DNA from: Eledone cirrhosa
Lineage: Eukaryota
Direction of reading: 5' to 3'
Assembly (NCBI GenBank): GCA_964016885.1
Contig: OZ024740.1
Location: 52,762,001-52,826,000, forward strand
Length of the DNA stretch: 64,000 nucleotides
Positions within the stretch are counted from its first letter, which is position 1. Each line of letters opens with the position of its first letter. A program made the position numbers and the translations under genes. Under the pieces are notes generated by a model. That model searched no databases and was not told the origin of the DNA. It saw only the letters and a list, made by a program, of their open reading frames with translations. Below, one piece after another: positions 1-12,402 of this stretch.

Positions 1-616
1 GGTAGTGGTGGTGGTGGTGGTGGTGGTGGTGGTGGTGATGGTGGTGGTGGTGATGGTGGTGGTGGTGATGGTAGTGGTGGTGGTGGTGGTGGTGGTGATG
101 GTAGTGGTGGTAGAGATCGTGGTGGTGGTGGTGGTGGTGATGGTAGTGGTGGTGGTAGTGGTGGTGGTGGTGGTGGTGGTGATGGTAGTGGTGGTGGTGG
201 TGGTGGTGGTGGTGGTGGTGATGGTGGTGGTGGTGGTGGTGGTGGTGGTGGTGGTGGTGGTGATGGTGGTGGTGGTGGTGGTGGTGGTGGTGGAGGTGGT
301 GGTGATGGTGGTGGTGGTGGTGATGGTAGTGGTGGTGGTGGTGGTGGTGGTGGTGGTGGTGGTGGTGGTGGTGGTGGTGGTGGTGGTGATGGTAGTGGTG
401 GTGGTGGTGGTGGTGGTGGTGGTGGTGGTGGTGGTGGTGGTGGTGGTGGTGGTGGTGGTGGTGGTGGTGATGGTAGTGGTGGTGGTGGTGGTGGTGGTAG
501 TGGTGGTGGTGGTGGTGGTGGTGGTGGTGGTGGTGGTGGTGGTGGTGGTGGAGGTGGTGGTGGTGGTGGTGGTGGTGGTGGTGGTGGTGGTGGTGGTGGT
601 GGAGGTGGTAGTGGTG
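1..616. repeat. (GGT)n microsatellite with GAT/AGT variants, runs off window start
   Basis: Directly visible trinucleotide repeat; the poly-Val ORF is an artefact. Confidence 0.97.
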
Positions 617-763
617 AGGAGGAGGAGGAGAGGGATATATTAATCATAATGAGGAGATGTTTCATAATTAATTATCAACAGGATAATTTTCAGGAGCATT
701 ATAATAACTCTCATGACTCCCATCATGATTTCCATGACGACAACAACGATGAAGATAATGACG

Positions 764-765
764 CT

Positions 766-797
<32 letters not shown>

Positions 798-917
798 GGC
801 TGATGGTGATGATAATGGTGATAATAGTGATAATGGTGATAATGGTGATAATGGTGATAATGATGATGATGATGATGATGATAATGGTGATAATGGCAAT
901 GATGATGGTGATAATAA
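764..917. repeat. (GCT)n/(GAT)n/(GGTGATAAT)n compound microsatellite
   Basis: Directly visible. Confidence 0.9.
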
Positions 918-1023
918 GTAGGGCGACGACGACGACACTGATGATAGTTTTGACACCCTACGTCCTTCCATTTCTCCGGGGTTGTTATCAGGATTAATAC
1001 CCTTTCCTCCTTCTCCCCTCCTA

Positions 1024-1160
1024 ATAATTGTTTCTACTTTTTGGCACAAGGCCAGCAATTTGGGGAGAGGGGAAAGTTGATTAAATCCAACCAGTACATT
1101 ACTGGTACTTTATTTTATCGACCCCGTAAGGATGAAAGGCAAAGTTAACCCTGGCGGGAT
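1024..1160 (-). mobile_element. tRNA-derived SINE (family S1), 5'-truncated
   Basis: Matches the recurring core TACTGGTACTTTATTTTATCGACCCCGTAAGGATGAAAGGCAAAGTTAACC and 3' end seen in many other copies in the window. Confidence 0.88.
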
Positions 1161-1835
1161 ATAATGATAATAATGTAACTGTAATGGAGTGCTATTTTTT
1201 AAGTATGTCTGTTGATGATGAGGGAAGTCTGTAAGAGGTTACATAAAACGAATGTTCAACATCTGAAAGAAAAGACTAAATTTTAAAGTGGCGGAACAAA
1301 AACCATATGACCAGATGTGGATGAATCGAATGCCCCCCCCCCTCGTCCCCGCCAAAAGAAACGGTTGGCTAACGGAGGTAGAGTTGGAAGAAATAAGAAG
1401 GAGAGTTGTATCACTAGAAACACATCTGAGGACAAAGATTATGAAATTGGTGAAATTGTGACAAATGAGGTCATGAAAGGGACTGAAGAAGGTGGATAGA
1501 ACATCTCTGAAATAATGGACGACAAAAAGGGTGAACGAGGTACTGAATGTTATTAGAACGGAAAATATATCTGATACAAATAAACCTATTGGTGCTACGG
1601 CGGTGTTTGTTGCAAGGAAAATAGGATTTATAAATCTATCAAATGGGAAAAAAGGAACCATGTTGTTGGAAAATAGGATTTATAAATCTATGAAATGGGA
1701 AAAAAGGAACCATGTTGTTGGAAGAGAAGATTTAGGGAATCAGTTAGCGAATTAAGAAGGCATTACAACATCCTGGAACGTAAAAATCAAAGGAAAATAA
1801 AGAAAAAAAGAATAAACATCTTGACATATATAAGT

Positions 1836-2027
1836 ATAATTGTTTCTACTTTTGGCACAAGGCCAGAAATTATCCCAGTGTATTACTGGTACTTTATTTT
1901 ATCGACCCCGTAAAGATGAAAGGCAAAGTTAACCTCGGCGGGATTTGAACTCAGATCATAAAGGGCCGTAACTCTTTGCTACAAAGCATGGTGTCCGACC
2001 CTCTACCGATACTGCCAATCCACCGCC
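1836..2027 (-). mobile_element. tRNA-derived SINE S1, full length, inserted in the R4-like element
   Basis: A-box-like TGGCAGTATCGG and B-box GAGTTCAAATCC on the minus strand; conserved core; TATATAAG repeated on both sides. Confidence 0.92.
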
Positions 2028-3829
2028 TATATAAGAAGTACAATGTACAGAAGAAAGGTATAAATGACGTTATTTAGGACTTGAAACAAAGGATGCAGGC
2101 CAAGGTGTACAAACTGAGAAGAGTTGAACAAAGAACACAGCAATACAGAATCAATAGAATGTTCCAGTATAACCAGAAAAGAGTTTACCAAGACCTTGAG
2201 GGTAAAGGTAATAAAGAAAGAGTGACAGCGAATCTAGAAGAAAGCAAATGGTTTTAGTCAAACATCTGAGATAATGAGGTACAGAATAACAGGAAAGCTG
2301 AAGGAATTGAGGAAGAATAAATCAAATGTGAAATGAAAAAAGTGATATTGAAATAATAACTGGAATTGTATGCATACAAGCATAAAAAAAAGAGAAAAAG
2401 GAAAAAAGAAAGAAAAAATCACAATTGGAATGCCTCTGGACTTGATTGCTCCAGGGCTTTTGGTTGAAGAAGTCGACGTCTTTACATGTGCGAATCGCAG
2501 CTTAAATGAATGACATATTAAACGACCACGCAGCGATACCTAAATGGATGCCAACGGGTAGGACTATGCTCTGTCAGAATGACCCTGCTAAAGGCAATGT
2601 AGTAGATAATTTTAGACCTATATCTTGCTTACTACTAATGTAGAAACTTATGACTGGAATCATCTCGGGGACGGTGTATAAGTTCCTTGAAGAGAATGAA
2701 ATTCTAGAGGTAGAGCAGAAAGGGTGCAAAAAGAATAGCAAGGGTACAAAAGGTCATCTGCTGATTGATAAAACAATTCATGCTGATTGTAAAATGCGAC
2801 ACAAGAACTTAGCCATGGCGTGGTTGTCTATAAGAAAGCCTACAACATGATGCCCCACAGTTGGATATTAGAGTGTCTGAAATTTACTCAAGAACCAGGC
2901 AATGTAATTAGGTTTTAGAAAGATCGATGGTCAACTGGAAAACAGAGTTAATTTCCTATGTGGAACAATTAGGCTCTGTTAACATACGAAGTGGTATATT
3001 TCAAGGAAACAGTTTATCACCACTCTTATTTGTCATCTGCATGATCCTTCTGACTCGACTCTGTAGAAAAGTGAAAATTGGATGTGCTAGATTGTATTAA
3101 GATCAACCATCTGTTCTTCATGGATGATTTAAAGTTATTTGCGAAAAAAAGAGGACGAAATTGACAGCTTAACATCGACTGTAGTCCTGACAAATCAGGA
3201 TATTGGGATGGAGTTTGGGATAAAAAAATGTAACCCTGAAGCGTGGAAAACTAACAAAGAGTAGAGGGATTGAGTTTGCAAATGGCTAAACTTTTAAAGG
3301 AGTGGGAAAAGAAAGATACAAGTATTTGAGAGTCTTGGAGTTGGATAAGATCAAAGAGAAAGAAATGAAGGAGATATTTAAAAAGAATACCTCAGGCAGG
3401 TGAGATTTGTAATGTCGTCTAAATTGAATGGAACGAATAAGATGAAGGCAATGAATACATGGACTGTATCTCGGGCTTTGGGACTGGAGTTATTAAATGG
3501 AGGAAAGATGGATTGGAAAGTATTGATAGGAAAACTAAGAAATTGATAACAGTGCATAAAGAATATACAAAGAGTGATGTTGCTAGTCTCTATGTTGGAA
3601 GAAAGAAAAGAGGTAGAGGACTAGTAAGTTGTGAAAATTGTGTCAAAAGCGAAGTATCTTAAGAATGTAAGGGGTAACATCATGTCAAAAGTAAGAGACA
3701 TCGACACACTGAAATCTGCTGATGTAGTAGCACATAATGAGTGGAACAATGAACTTGAAATAAATGGAAGGATAACCATATACATTGTTAGTACACTAGA
3801 GATAAAGTAGGCATTGGTTGGGAAAAGAG

Positions 3830-4588
3830 TGTAACGAATAAATGGAATTGTTGGTATGATGGTTTCAATGCAAAGAATAATACCAGGATTGTGTTGTTAC
3901 AATGTTTATTTTATTATAACAATATTCAATTTGAATATTGAATGATAAAATCTATAACATGAAATATTCGTACAATGAGTTGGTGGCCCTTCGAGCCACG
4001 TAAATACAGGTATCACAGAATACGATTATAATATAATTTGTATTGTATCTGAAAGATACAATATGACAGACAGAAATGATGCGTGTAAAATGCAAACAGT
4101 GTGAACTTACTATGTGTGCGTGTGTGCGTATTAGTATACTTTCTTGCTTTAGCAGTTGGTTGTATTCAATCAGCCAGGCGGGAATGACGTGTGAGAAATT
4201 AGTGGACAGACTGTTTTTCGTGAAGGGAGTATTGACAGCGTTGGTGAAAATACGTCCTCTCTTATCTGTGGTCTCACTTTTTCTGCCGGGTGTAAACAAC
4301 CCTTGTATTTATAAGGGTTGAAGTTAGAAGGGTAGATATATCATCTGACCTGAGGTTAGCATCTCCCAAGGGGTTGGTCTGCCGGTGTAAACAACCCTTG
4401 TATTTATAACGGTTGAATTTAGAAGGATGGATATATCATCTGACCTCTTTTCTGCCAGGTGTAAACAACATCTGACCTGTGGTTAGCATCTCCTAAGGGG
4501 TTGGTCTGCCGGGCGTAAACAACTAACCACGGCTTGTCCCAGAGGCGGGAAAGTTCAGATTCGGTTTCGAATCTTCGCCGCCGTTATA
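3830..4588 (-). mobile_element. Solo LTR (Gypsy-like), 759 bp
   Basis: Ends TGTAACG...CGTTATA (6/7 inverted match), 4-bp TSD AGAG (3826-3829 and 4589-4592). Removing it rejoins the host LINE frame (GIGWEKS*SWLKNGDLKG). Internal tandem repeats around GTGTAAACAAC. Strand inferred from AATAAA/TATA orientation. Confidence 0.8.
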
Positions 4589-5393
4589 AGAGCTAGTCGT
4601 GGCTTAAAAATGGCGATCTGAAAGGATGTATAAAAGCTCTGATATGCAGCGCCCAGGAGCAGGCTCTGCCAACTAACCACATTAAACATCATGTTGATAA
4701 AACGATAAAATCACCCCTATGTAGAATGTGTGGAACATAAGGAGAAACGATCAACCATATTGAAAGTGAATGTGTTAAGTTGGCACGGTGAGGGTACAAA
4801 AGACGATATGATAATGTTGCCAGATATATCCATTGAATGATATGTGAGAATTGTGGGTTTGTCAGAGCAACTAAATGGTATGAGCAGAAACCATGAGGTG
4901 TATAAGGGAATGACGAATTTAAGCTTTAGTGGGACTTCATCATTCAATGCGATTAAGGCAAGAAGGCCAAGCATTTCAGTTGTGAATAGGAAGGAGAAAG
5001 AGGCCCAAATTATCGATATATCTGTCGCAGGAGATAGCAGAGTGAAGGATAAAGTGTTTGGAAAGATGGAAAAGTATGAGCCACTGAAGGAGGAGGCTGG
5101 AATGTTGTGGTAGATGAAGGCGTTAGTGATTCCAGTGGTGATAGAAGCATTGGGATGCATATTGAATAGTTTTGAGGACTGTGTAAATAGGATAGGAATT
5201 ACAGGACATGTAGAAGACTACTTTTTGGTACAGCAAGGATTTTAAGGAACGTCTTGTTTATGTAAGGCATAGGAGAGAATGCAGTGAGGGACCTTTGTCA
5301 ACTTGCCGTTGACTACTCCTTAACTGAAATATCCGGATTGTTTAACATCTAAGTATCTGAAATTTACAAAAATGAACAATATTAGTACTAACA

Positions 5394-5879
5394 ATAATGT
5401 TTTGTGATTTAGGCACAATGCCAACCATTTTGGGAGAAGAAAATCGATTAAATCGACCACAGTGTGTTACTGTTACTTTATTTTATCGACTCCGTAAGGA
5501 TGAAAGGCTAAGTTAACCTCGGCCGAGATTTGAACTCAGATCATAAAGGACCGTAACTCTATGCGTCAAAGCATGGCGTCCGACCCTCTACCGATACTGC
5601 CAATCCACCGCCACAATGATAATGATTTCTAGTATAGACACAAGGCCAGTAATTTGGCGGGAGTGGAAGGTTGATTAAATCAACCCAGTACGTTACTGGT
5701 ACTTTATTTTATCGACCCCGTAAGCATGAAAGGCAAAGTTAACTCTCTTCCGCGAAGCAGAATGTCCGACGCTCTACCGATACTGCCAATCCCACGCCAT
5801 AATAATAATTGTTTCTACTTTTGGCACAAGGCCAGGAATTATCCCAGTGTATTACTGGTACTTTATTTCATCGACCCCG
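5394..5879 (-). mobile_element. Cluster of three head-to-tail S1 SINE copies (about 5394-5612, 5620-5798, 5805-5879)
   Basis: Three successive matches to the S1 core separated by short AAT linkers. Confidence 0.88.
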
Positions 5880-5897
5880 AATAATAATGATAATAAT

Positions 5898-6823
5898 AAT
5901 GATTTCGTTATTAACCACACAGGGCCACATGAAGAAAACACGGTACAGGATGGCACAGGAAGGCACAGGACGGTACAGTGTAGGTTTTGGTGTGTAAAAA
6001 GTCATAAAACAAAAACAAGGAAACATGTAAAACAAATTAAAACAAAATAAGTTCCCCAATATCTTCTTTTCTGTCAATATCCTTTATTCGTGCTATGAGG
6101 TCATTTATTTTTCATTAGCTCTACTCACTGGCACAAAGTTTGGTGTCTGTGTGGTTAGTTGTTGTAGAATGTGTTTTTTTGCGTGGTTAGTTGTGGTTGT
6201 GGTAGTATTGGTGGTGTTGGTGGTGGTTGTGTTGGGGTTAGTGTTGTTGCAGTGTGTCTTTAATAGCTGGTGGTGGTGGTGGGGGTGGGGGTGTACTCTG
6301 TGTGTGTGTGTTGTGTAAGGCAGGATGTTGTCTTGTGTTTTGTTTTTGTATTTTTGATTTTAGGGGTTCCCCCTCATCTTCGCTTCAAGTTGAGGAGGTA
6401 TTTGTATTTGGCCCTTTAGTTACCAACCCGGCCAAATCTAGCTCTGATTCTATGAAATAAAACCATCCATTTTAAAGGTTTTCAATTAAATTCAACTCTT
6501 CCAACATTATTTTATATATGAACTTTACATTAAGTTACGATCTTAGCAATGAAATAATTAATTTTAGTAAATCTCTCAAATTTGTTCATTAATTAATCGG
6601 TAGAGGGTTGCACGCCATACTTTCTAGCATAGTTACGCCCCTTTACGGTCTGAGTTCAAATCCCGTCGAGGTTAACTTTACCTTTCATCCTTACGGGGTC
6701 GATAAAATAAAGTACCAGTAATGCACTGGTTAATTGCTGGCCTTGTGCCAAAAGTAGAAACAATTAATTAATTAAAATAGAAGGTATTTCATTGGAAATG
6801 TAGTCATGAAAGGGTTAGAGGAG

Positions 6824-6891
<68 letters not shown>

Positions 6892-6928
6892 AAGGGTGTG
6901 AGAGAGAGAGAGAGAGAGAACGAGATAG

Positions 6929-6964
<36 letters not shown>

Positions 6965-8440
6965 AGAATAAGAGCTTGGGAAAATAATCACCCACCCCCC
7001 GAGTATTTTTGACCATTTCTGCTTTTTCTCTTTCTGCTGCTGTTAGTTGTGGTGATGCCTCTGTTGCAACTTTTGTTGGTGTTGGTGTTGCTGTTGTTGT
7101 TGGTATTGGTGCTTCTGTTGCACTTTCTGGTTTTGTTATTACCTTTGTTGATGTTGCTGCTGCTGCTGCCACCGAAGTTGGTGCCGCTATTGTTCGCTGT
7201 TAGTGTTGTGGTTGCTAGGGACTCTGGTGTTGGCAGCAAGGGGGCGCTGTGGTTCCATGACTTCTGTCGAGGAAAGAAAGCTCTCAAGTGGCCAGTATCC
7301 GCACACATGTGGCAGTGAGGCTTTTTACTTTCAACCATAACATGCAACTCCACTCCATCTGGTAAGTAAATAAGATCTGGGATCTTATTAATCTTATTTA
7401 GTTTGATGTAGAGGAGCACCTCCACAATGATCCCAGACCAGTTTTCCCGCCGGGTTCTTTTCACCTCAAGTAGGCTATCACTGCCCACCAGGACCACACC
7501 GGCCAGGATCCACCAGATATCCAACTCCAGTGGGATTCCTGAAATCCTGACCTTTACGGTGTTTCTCCCTAAGTGCGCTGGATACAGAATATATTGGCCA
7601 CGTCGAAAGAGAACCACAGATTGTTTTGCGGTCAGGTCTTCATTTTTGAAGAACACTGACATGTTTTAAAATTGCCTGACTCTAGCATTGTGTTAGATGT
7701 CCTTTCTACTTGTGGTGGGTTGCTACCTCCGACTGTCAGGATTTTGCCGCGAACACCCCAGAAAGGACGGCTACGTCGGGTACGTTGGCTGAAGTATTGT
7801 CTAATTTGACAACTTTGACCGCTCGTGCCAAAGAAGTCTTTATATATACTCGTGTGGGTCTTGTAGCCGTTACTACATATGTCTTACTGTTGTTGTTCAT
7901 GTTGTTTTTGCTGTTATTATTTATGTTGTTGTTGTTGCCATTTGTGTTGTCATTGCTGTCTGTGTTACTGTTGTTTTTGTTGTCTGCTTCTGTTATATTT
8001 TTTGTTGTTGCAGTGGTGGTGGTGATTGTGATTGTGGTGGTGGTAGTGGCTGTGTTCGTGTTAGGGTTGTTGTTTTTTGTTGTTTGTTTTATTTTGTTGT
8101 TCTTGTGAATGTGACGGTGGTGTCAAAGTTTTTAAAAACAGGAAGATAGCTTCATACTCTTCCCTTGCAGAGTTGTTGCTTCTGCTGCCGTTGTAGTTTG
8201 AGCTTTAGGTGTTCCATCAAGTTGACGCGGTCTGTTCATTTCTCTTATCCACCTTTTTTGTGAACAGAAACACAAATTTAGCCTTCAAAGGCTCCGGATA
8301 GGAGGAAGCTAACCAGCTTCATAAGAAGATAGTTGGTTTAGCCACCAAATGATATATAATATTCAGACAAAAATATTTTAAAAACACGTAAACAAACAAT
8401 GAACTTATTCCACCGATGTGTTCCACATCTCGATAGACTC
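5898..8440 (-). mobile_element. ORF1-only L1/Tx1-like non-autonomous element (decayed gag-like ORF with zinc knuckle), containing a SINE and a (GA)n run
   Basis: ORF 6988-7662 has VKVRISGIPLELD (RRM-like segment typical of LINE ORF1) and CHMCADTGHLRAFFP (CX2CX4HX4C knuckle with last C lost), flanked by Thr/Asn-rich stretches. No APE/RT follows; AAT repeats at both ends. Confidence 0.6.
6595..6767 (+). mobile_element. S1 SINE
   Basis: B-box GAGTTCAAATCC, core and 3' end GCCAAAAGTAGAAACAATT. Confidence 0.9.
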
Positions 8441-10132
8441 AATATTAATAATAATAACGACAATAATAGTAATAACAATAATAATCATAATCTTGTTTGA
8501 GAGACCGGATGAAACTCTTTTTTTCAAATATCATTTTGCTTTCTAAAAGTAAACATAAAAAATATGAGACATTTCATTTTCTTTTTGAAATGCACGAAAA
8601 GAATGAATTTATGAAATTCTTTCCATCTTATTGCCACAAGCACAAAATAAAAAATATTATACTGAAAGCCATAAAAAGGGAACATTTTCTTTAGATTCTA
8701 AAAGTTGAGGAAATAATTCTTGCTACCAGAAATAAAAATTTGAAAGGGATTGTCTTCTATACAGTACAAAATATTTTCCAGGCAAAATTTAGTTTTAATG
8801 TGATGTTGAAGCATCTATTTTAAACAATCTTTACAGACATTGCTACTCTAAACTATTAAATAGAAATAAAATGCAGTTATAGAAACTGACAATTTTAAGA
8901 AACTACTTTCACTGTTTTAAACAGAAGAAATATCGTGTAACTTCAATAGCTTTCGCTGATTTTTTTTTCTGGCGGAAAGTTTTTTGAAAAACATATGTAG
9001 TTTTGGGAGAAGTAGCAGCGCCTATAGCTTTTGTAGGCCGTTCTAGATTGGTGAATTTCATGCACTTGATTTTAGACTTGCTCTTCTGCAGATTCATTCC
9101 TTTAGGGAAAACGTGGGTAGCGAGTAAGTTCTAATGGCTGCAGTTTTCAAGTGTAAAAGATCAGTTAGAATGTTTAGTTTAGGAGCAGCATCTGCGAGAC
9201 ATAGGGTTGAGAGAACATCGATGGCGAAATGATGTGAAACAGTGGTGCTACGCAGTTTTTTAGTCGGCTGAAACAGTTGTAGTATCAGAAGAGGAGACAA
9301 GGTGGCATAGATTGTGCCGACGTTTCCGTGGTTTAGTATAGTCGTGGATAAAGGTTTACGAGTCAGTGTGACACTATTTTATCTATGAATTCTATAATGT
9401 TGTGAAAAACTACGAATCAGCAACGTTATTGAAAGGTTGGATAAATGCTTTGTAGTATTCAGTTTGGTGTTCTGAGTTCAAATTTCGCTAAAGTCAGCTT
9501 TGTCTTACATCCTTTGGTGCCAGTCACATACTGGAGTAGATTATTCCATTATAACATATTCTCTCTACCTGTCTTCTTTTCAGGAAGAAATCGACTATTT
9601 CCAGACTTGGAGAAGGATATGCTCCGCCAGGCTTAAATGCCCCATGATGGTATGTTACAACGATAACCACTAAAACTCTTTCATGAGTTAAGAACCAAAC
9701 GGAACGGATAATATTGATAATATTTGTGTAACAATTATAAAGATATTTATAACTTATGTCCTTTTTGGTCCTGTACAGAAAACCTATTCAATTGGATGCA
9801 ATTTTAGTAATGTGATAGATATACAATATAGTTGTTATGGGGAATGAGCAGAAGCCGAAGATTTGTATAGAGTTTAGTTTAGAGTTGTTCACGAGTTGTT
9901 TATTCGTATATTGTAAATGATAGTCTCACTGGTTACAGGTTTACAACAAGGCAATCACCAGTTCACAGCATTTAAGATAGCGAATGTCAAGGTTGTGTTT
10001 ATGCAGCTTGGTCGAAGTAAACACCGCAATTCATTTTTCTTAGAAACCAACTGTTTATTGGTTTTCCCATTGATACACATATTTCACTGCTTTGCATTGG
10101 CAAATGATATACATGCACACGCCCCCACTCAA

Positions 10133-10242
<110 letters not shown>

Positions 10243-10303
10243 GTATATATATATATAGTAATAATAAATGTGAAGACTAAAATCCGAAGAGGGATTGATA
10301 AGG

Positions 10304-10349
<46 letters not shown>

Positions 10350-10350
10350 C

Positions 10351-10789
10351 TTATACTTTGGGAGGGTCATGTTGCCAATAAGAAACACACGCACCAGTTG
10401 CTTTCACTCCAATTTATTATAAATTAAATTATAAATTTAAAAATTTATAAATTTATAAATTTCCGGTTGGTTGGTTCCACAACCGGACGGTTGTTCATAT
10501 ATTGTCAAAGTTCTTTCGTCACACATTCTGTGACCTCTTCAGTGACTGGGGATTCTTTTCTTTGTTTTGTGCCTCTCCTTTGTTCTGTCCTACGCCATCT
10601 TGTTTTTGTGTGACGAAAGAACTTTGACAATATATGAACAACCGCGCGATTGTGGAACCAACCAACCAACCAACCAGAAATTTATAAATTTATAAATTTT
10701 TAAATTTATCATTTAATTTATAATAAATTGGAGTGAAAGCAACTGGTGCGTGTGTTTCTTATTGGCAACATGACCCTCCCAAAGTATAA
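10351..10789. repeat. Inverted repeat (arms ~10351-10524 and ~10607-10789) of a Penelope pLTR-like fragment between TA runs
   Basis: Arms are reverse complements of each other; the left arm extends into an HHR. Confidence 0.9.
10504..10546 (-). ncRNA. Minimal type I hammerhead ribozyme
   Basis: Minus strand GUCA-CUGAAGA-G-GUCAC-agaaugu-GUGAC-GAAA-G-aa-C-UU-UGAC: intact core, stem I GUCA/UGAC, stem II GUCAC/GUGAC, triplet CUU. Confidence 0.75.
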
Positions 10790-10849
10790 CAATATCGGTC
10801 TCAACACACGTTTTCAGATAAAGAATCTTGCTAAACAAATTCAGAAACG

Positions 10850-10889
<40 letters not shown>

Positions 10890-10949
10890 GTAGAGCAAAT
10901 ATTTATTATAAGAACAGATTAAAGTTTAAGCAAACAATCGCTGAAGGCC

Positions 10950-11330
10950 AAATATGTTGAATTTCCTTAATTTTTTTATTACTGTAAACACTATGCACAT
11001 TTCAGTGGCCAGGAGACGGGCGAGCAGTGTGGCAGCATGCCACTACGTCCGTCTCTGGGTCAAAAACATAGCACACACCTTTTCTTACGCAACCTGGCCA
11101 CTGAAATGTGCATAGTTTTACAGTGTTAAACAATTAAGGAAATTCAACATATTTAGCTTCCTGTCATTTCACTTTATAATACATTTACTCCGTTCCCGCA
11201 CCCCCAACATGACTGAACATTGAAGATGGATGAGTTGCATAACGTCGAGTGCTTTTCTTATATTACGTGATGATTAGTTAACCTTGCAGAATGACCAATT
11301 CTACTCAGTGGTAAACCACCAAATTTAAAC
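10950..11330. mobile_element. Unclassified dispersed repeat family F, copy 1, with fold-back (10950-11013 / 11093-11154)
   Basis: Shares CCGTTCCCGCACC, GATGGATGAGTTGCATAACGTCGAGTGCTTTTC and CAGTGGTRAACCA blocks with 44060-44350 and 52016-52272. Confidence 0.7.
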
Positions 11331-11355
11331 GTATATATATATATATACATACATA

Positions 11356-11893
11356 CATGATGGCTGCCCCCTCGTTATCGAGTATGGCTATTGCACGATA
11401 TACCATTATTAATTGTTTCTACTTTAGGCACAAGGCCAGCAATTACCCAGTGCATTACTGGTACTTTATTTTATCGACCCCGTAAGGATGAAAGGCAAAG
11501 TCAACCACGGCGGGATTTGAACTCAGATTATAAAGGGACGTAACTATGCTGGAAAGCATGGCGTCCGACTCTACCGACACTGCCAATCCACCGCCATTAT
11601 TACCATTATTAATAATTATTAATTAATTCTATCGTGCAATGCCTGTACGTGAAGATATTTTTTAAAGTGAGGAAAGACTGCGCACTGAGCGACAGTAGCT
11701 ATAACCCGAAAAGAAGAAAAGATCAACATCATCGGTAACTTCGGAGCCGCAGGTTTTATGTCGGAGTTATCCCAGTTTCCTGAGTTGCCTTCTCCTAGAA
11801 GAATGCCCTGACAAAGGCTAGGGGTCCTTCACTCCCAGTGGTTTAACTGCGCGATCGGGTGTCCAGCCTGACTATTTCTATGTCCCCGCGCAT
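11356..11893 (-). mobile_element. Non-autonomous RTE-derived (Ceph-SINE-like) element with (ATGT)n tail, interrupted by an S1 SINE
   Basis: Reverse complement of 47757-48112; carries TAGCCTTTGTCAGGGC...CTAGGAGAAGG, a motif of RTE 5' UTR/Ceph-domain type. Confidence 0.75.
11411..11595 (-). mobile_element. S1 SINE with 13-bp TSD
   Basis: TACCATTATTAAT at 11401-11413 and 11601-11613. Confidence 0.93.
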
Positions 11894-11960
11894 ATACATA
11901 CACATGCACCCATGTATATACACATATACATATACATACATATGTACATGTGTATATACT

Positions 11961-11994
<34 letters not shown>

Positions 11995-12402
11995 AATACC
12001 TATGTCTCTCTAAAGAGTTACCTCCCTTACACCCAACCTAATCCTTTTTCTTAAATAAATTAAATACCATCTACCATTTCTCTCCCACCCTGAATTACCT
12101 CCCCCTGCATATTAACTCTCTAAAAAGGGAAATCATACCAAACCCCAGTCCACCATTTGCCTCCATCATGGTTTAACTAAGCACTCTTGCTATATTAACA
12201 CATTTTGATCTGCTTATCTTCAAGAACTATGCCTGTAAATAACATTATTTTTCTTTCACATTGCCTTATTATGCTCCACATTACGCCCGTTGTCTTCTTT
12301 TTTATTTTCACTTCATAAACCTTGTTTGTAAATAACATTATTCTTTCTGCACCATTTCTTTAACATGTCCAACACCACCATTCCACACCAATACATATTA
12401 TT

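Larger units (their letters stand above)
1175..5395 (+). mobile_element. Decayed R4/Dong-like non-LTR retrotransposon (RT + CCHC + RLE), interrupted by a SINE and a solo LTR
   Basis: Fragmentary frames give EQKGCKKNSKGTKGHLLIDK, RGIFQGNSLSPLLF, INHLFFMDDLKLF (RT, ~3102-3140), CRMCGT*GETINHIESEC (CCHC, ~4719-4773) and ARRPSISVVNRKEKEAQIIDISVAGD (RLE). Many stops and frameshifts; flanked by AAT-rich repeats as expected for Dong/R4. Confidence 0.88.

Noticed and set aside
5-997. Poly-Val, poly-Asp and poly-Met ORFs
   Set aside because: Translations of GGT/GAT microsatellites; the same applies to the YI, HT, CV, ER and poly-Ser ORFs throughout the window.
1950-2027. tRNA genes at A/B-box motifs
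   Set aside because: They are SINE heads: extended spacing, no cloverleaf, always attached to the S1 core.
8960-9400. Host exon or promoter (TTCTGCAG...GTAAGT)
   Set aside because: Splice-like motifs alone, no recognisable protein or partner exons.
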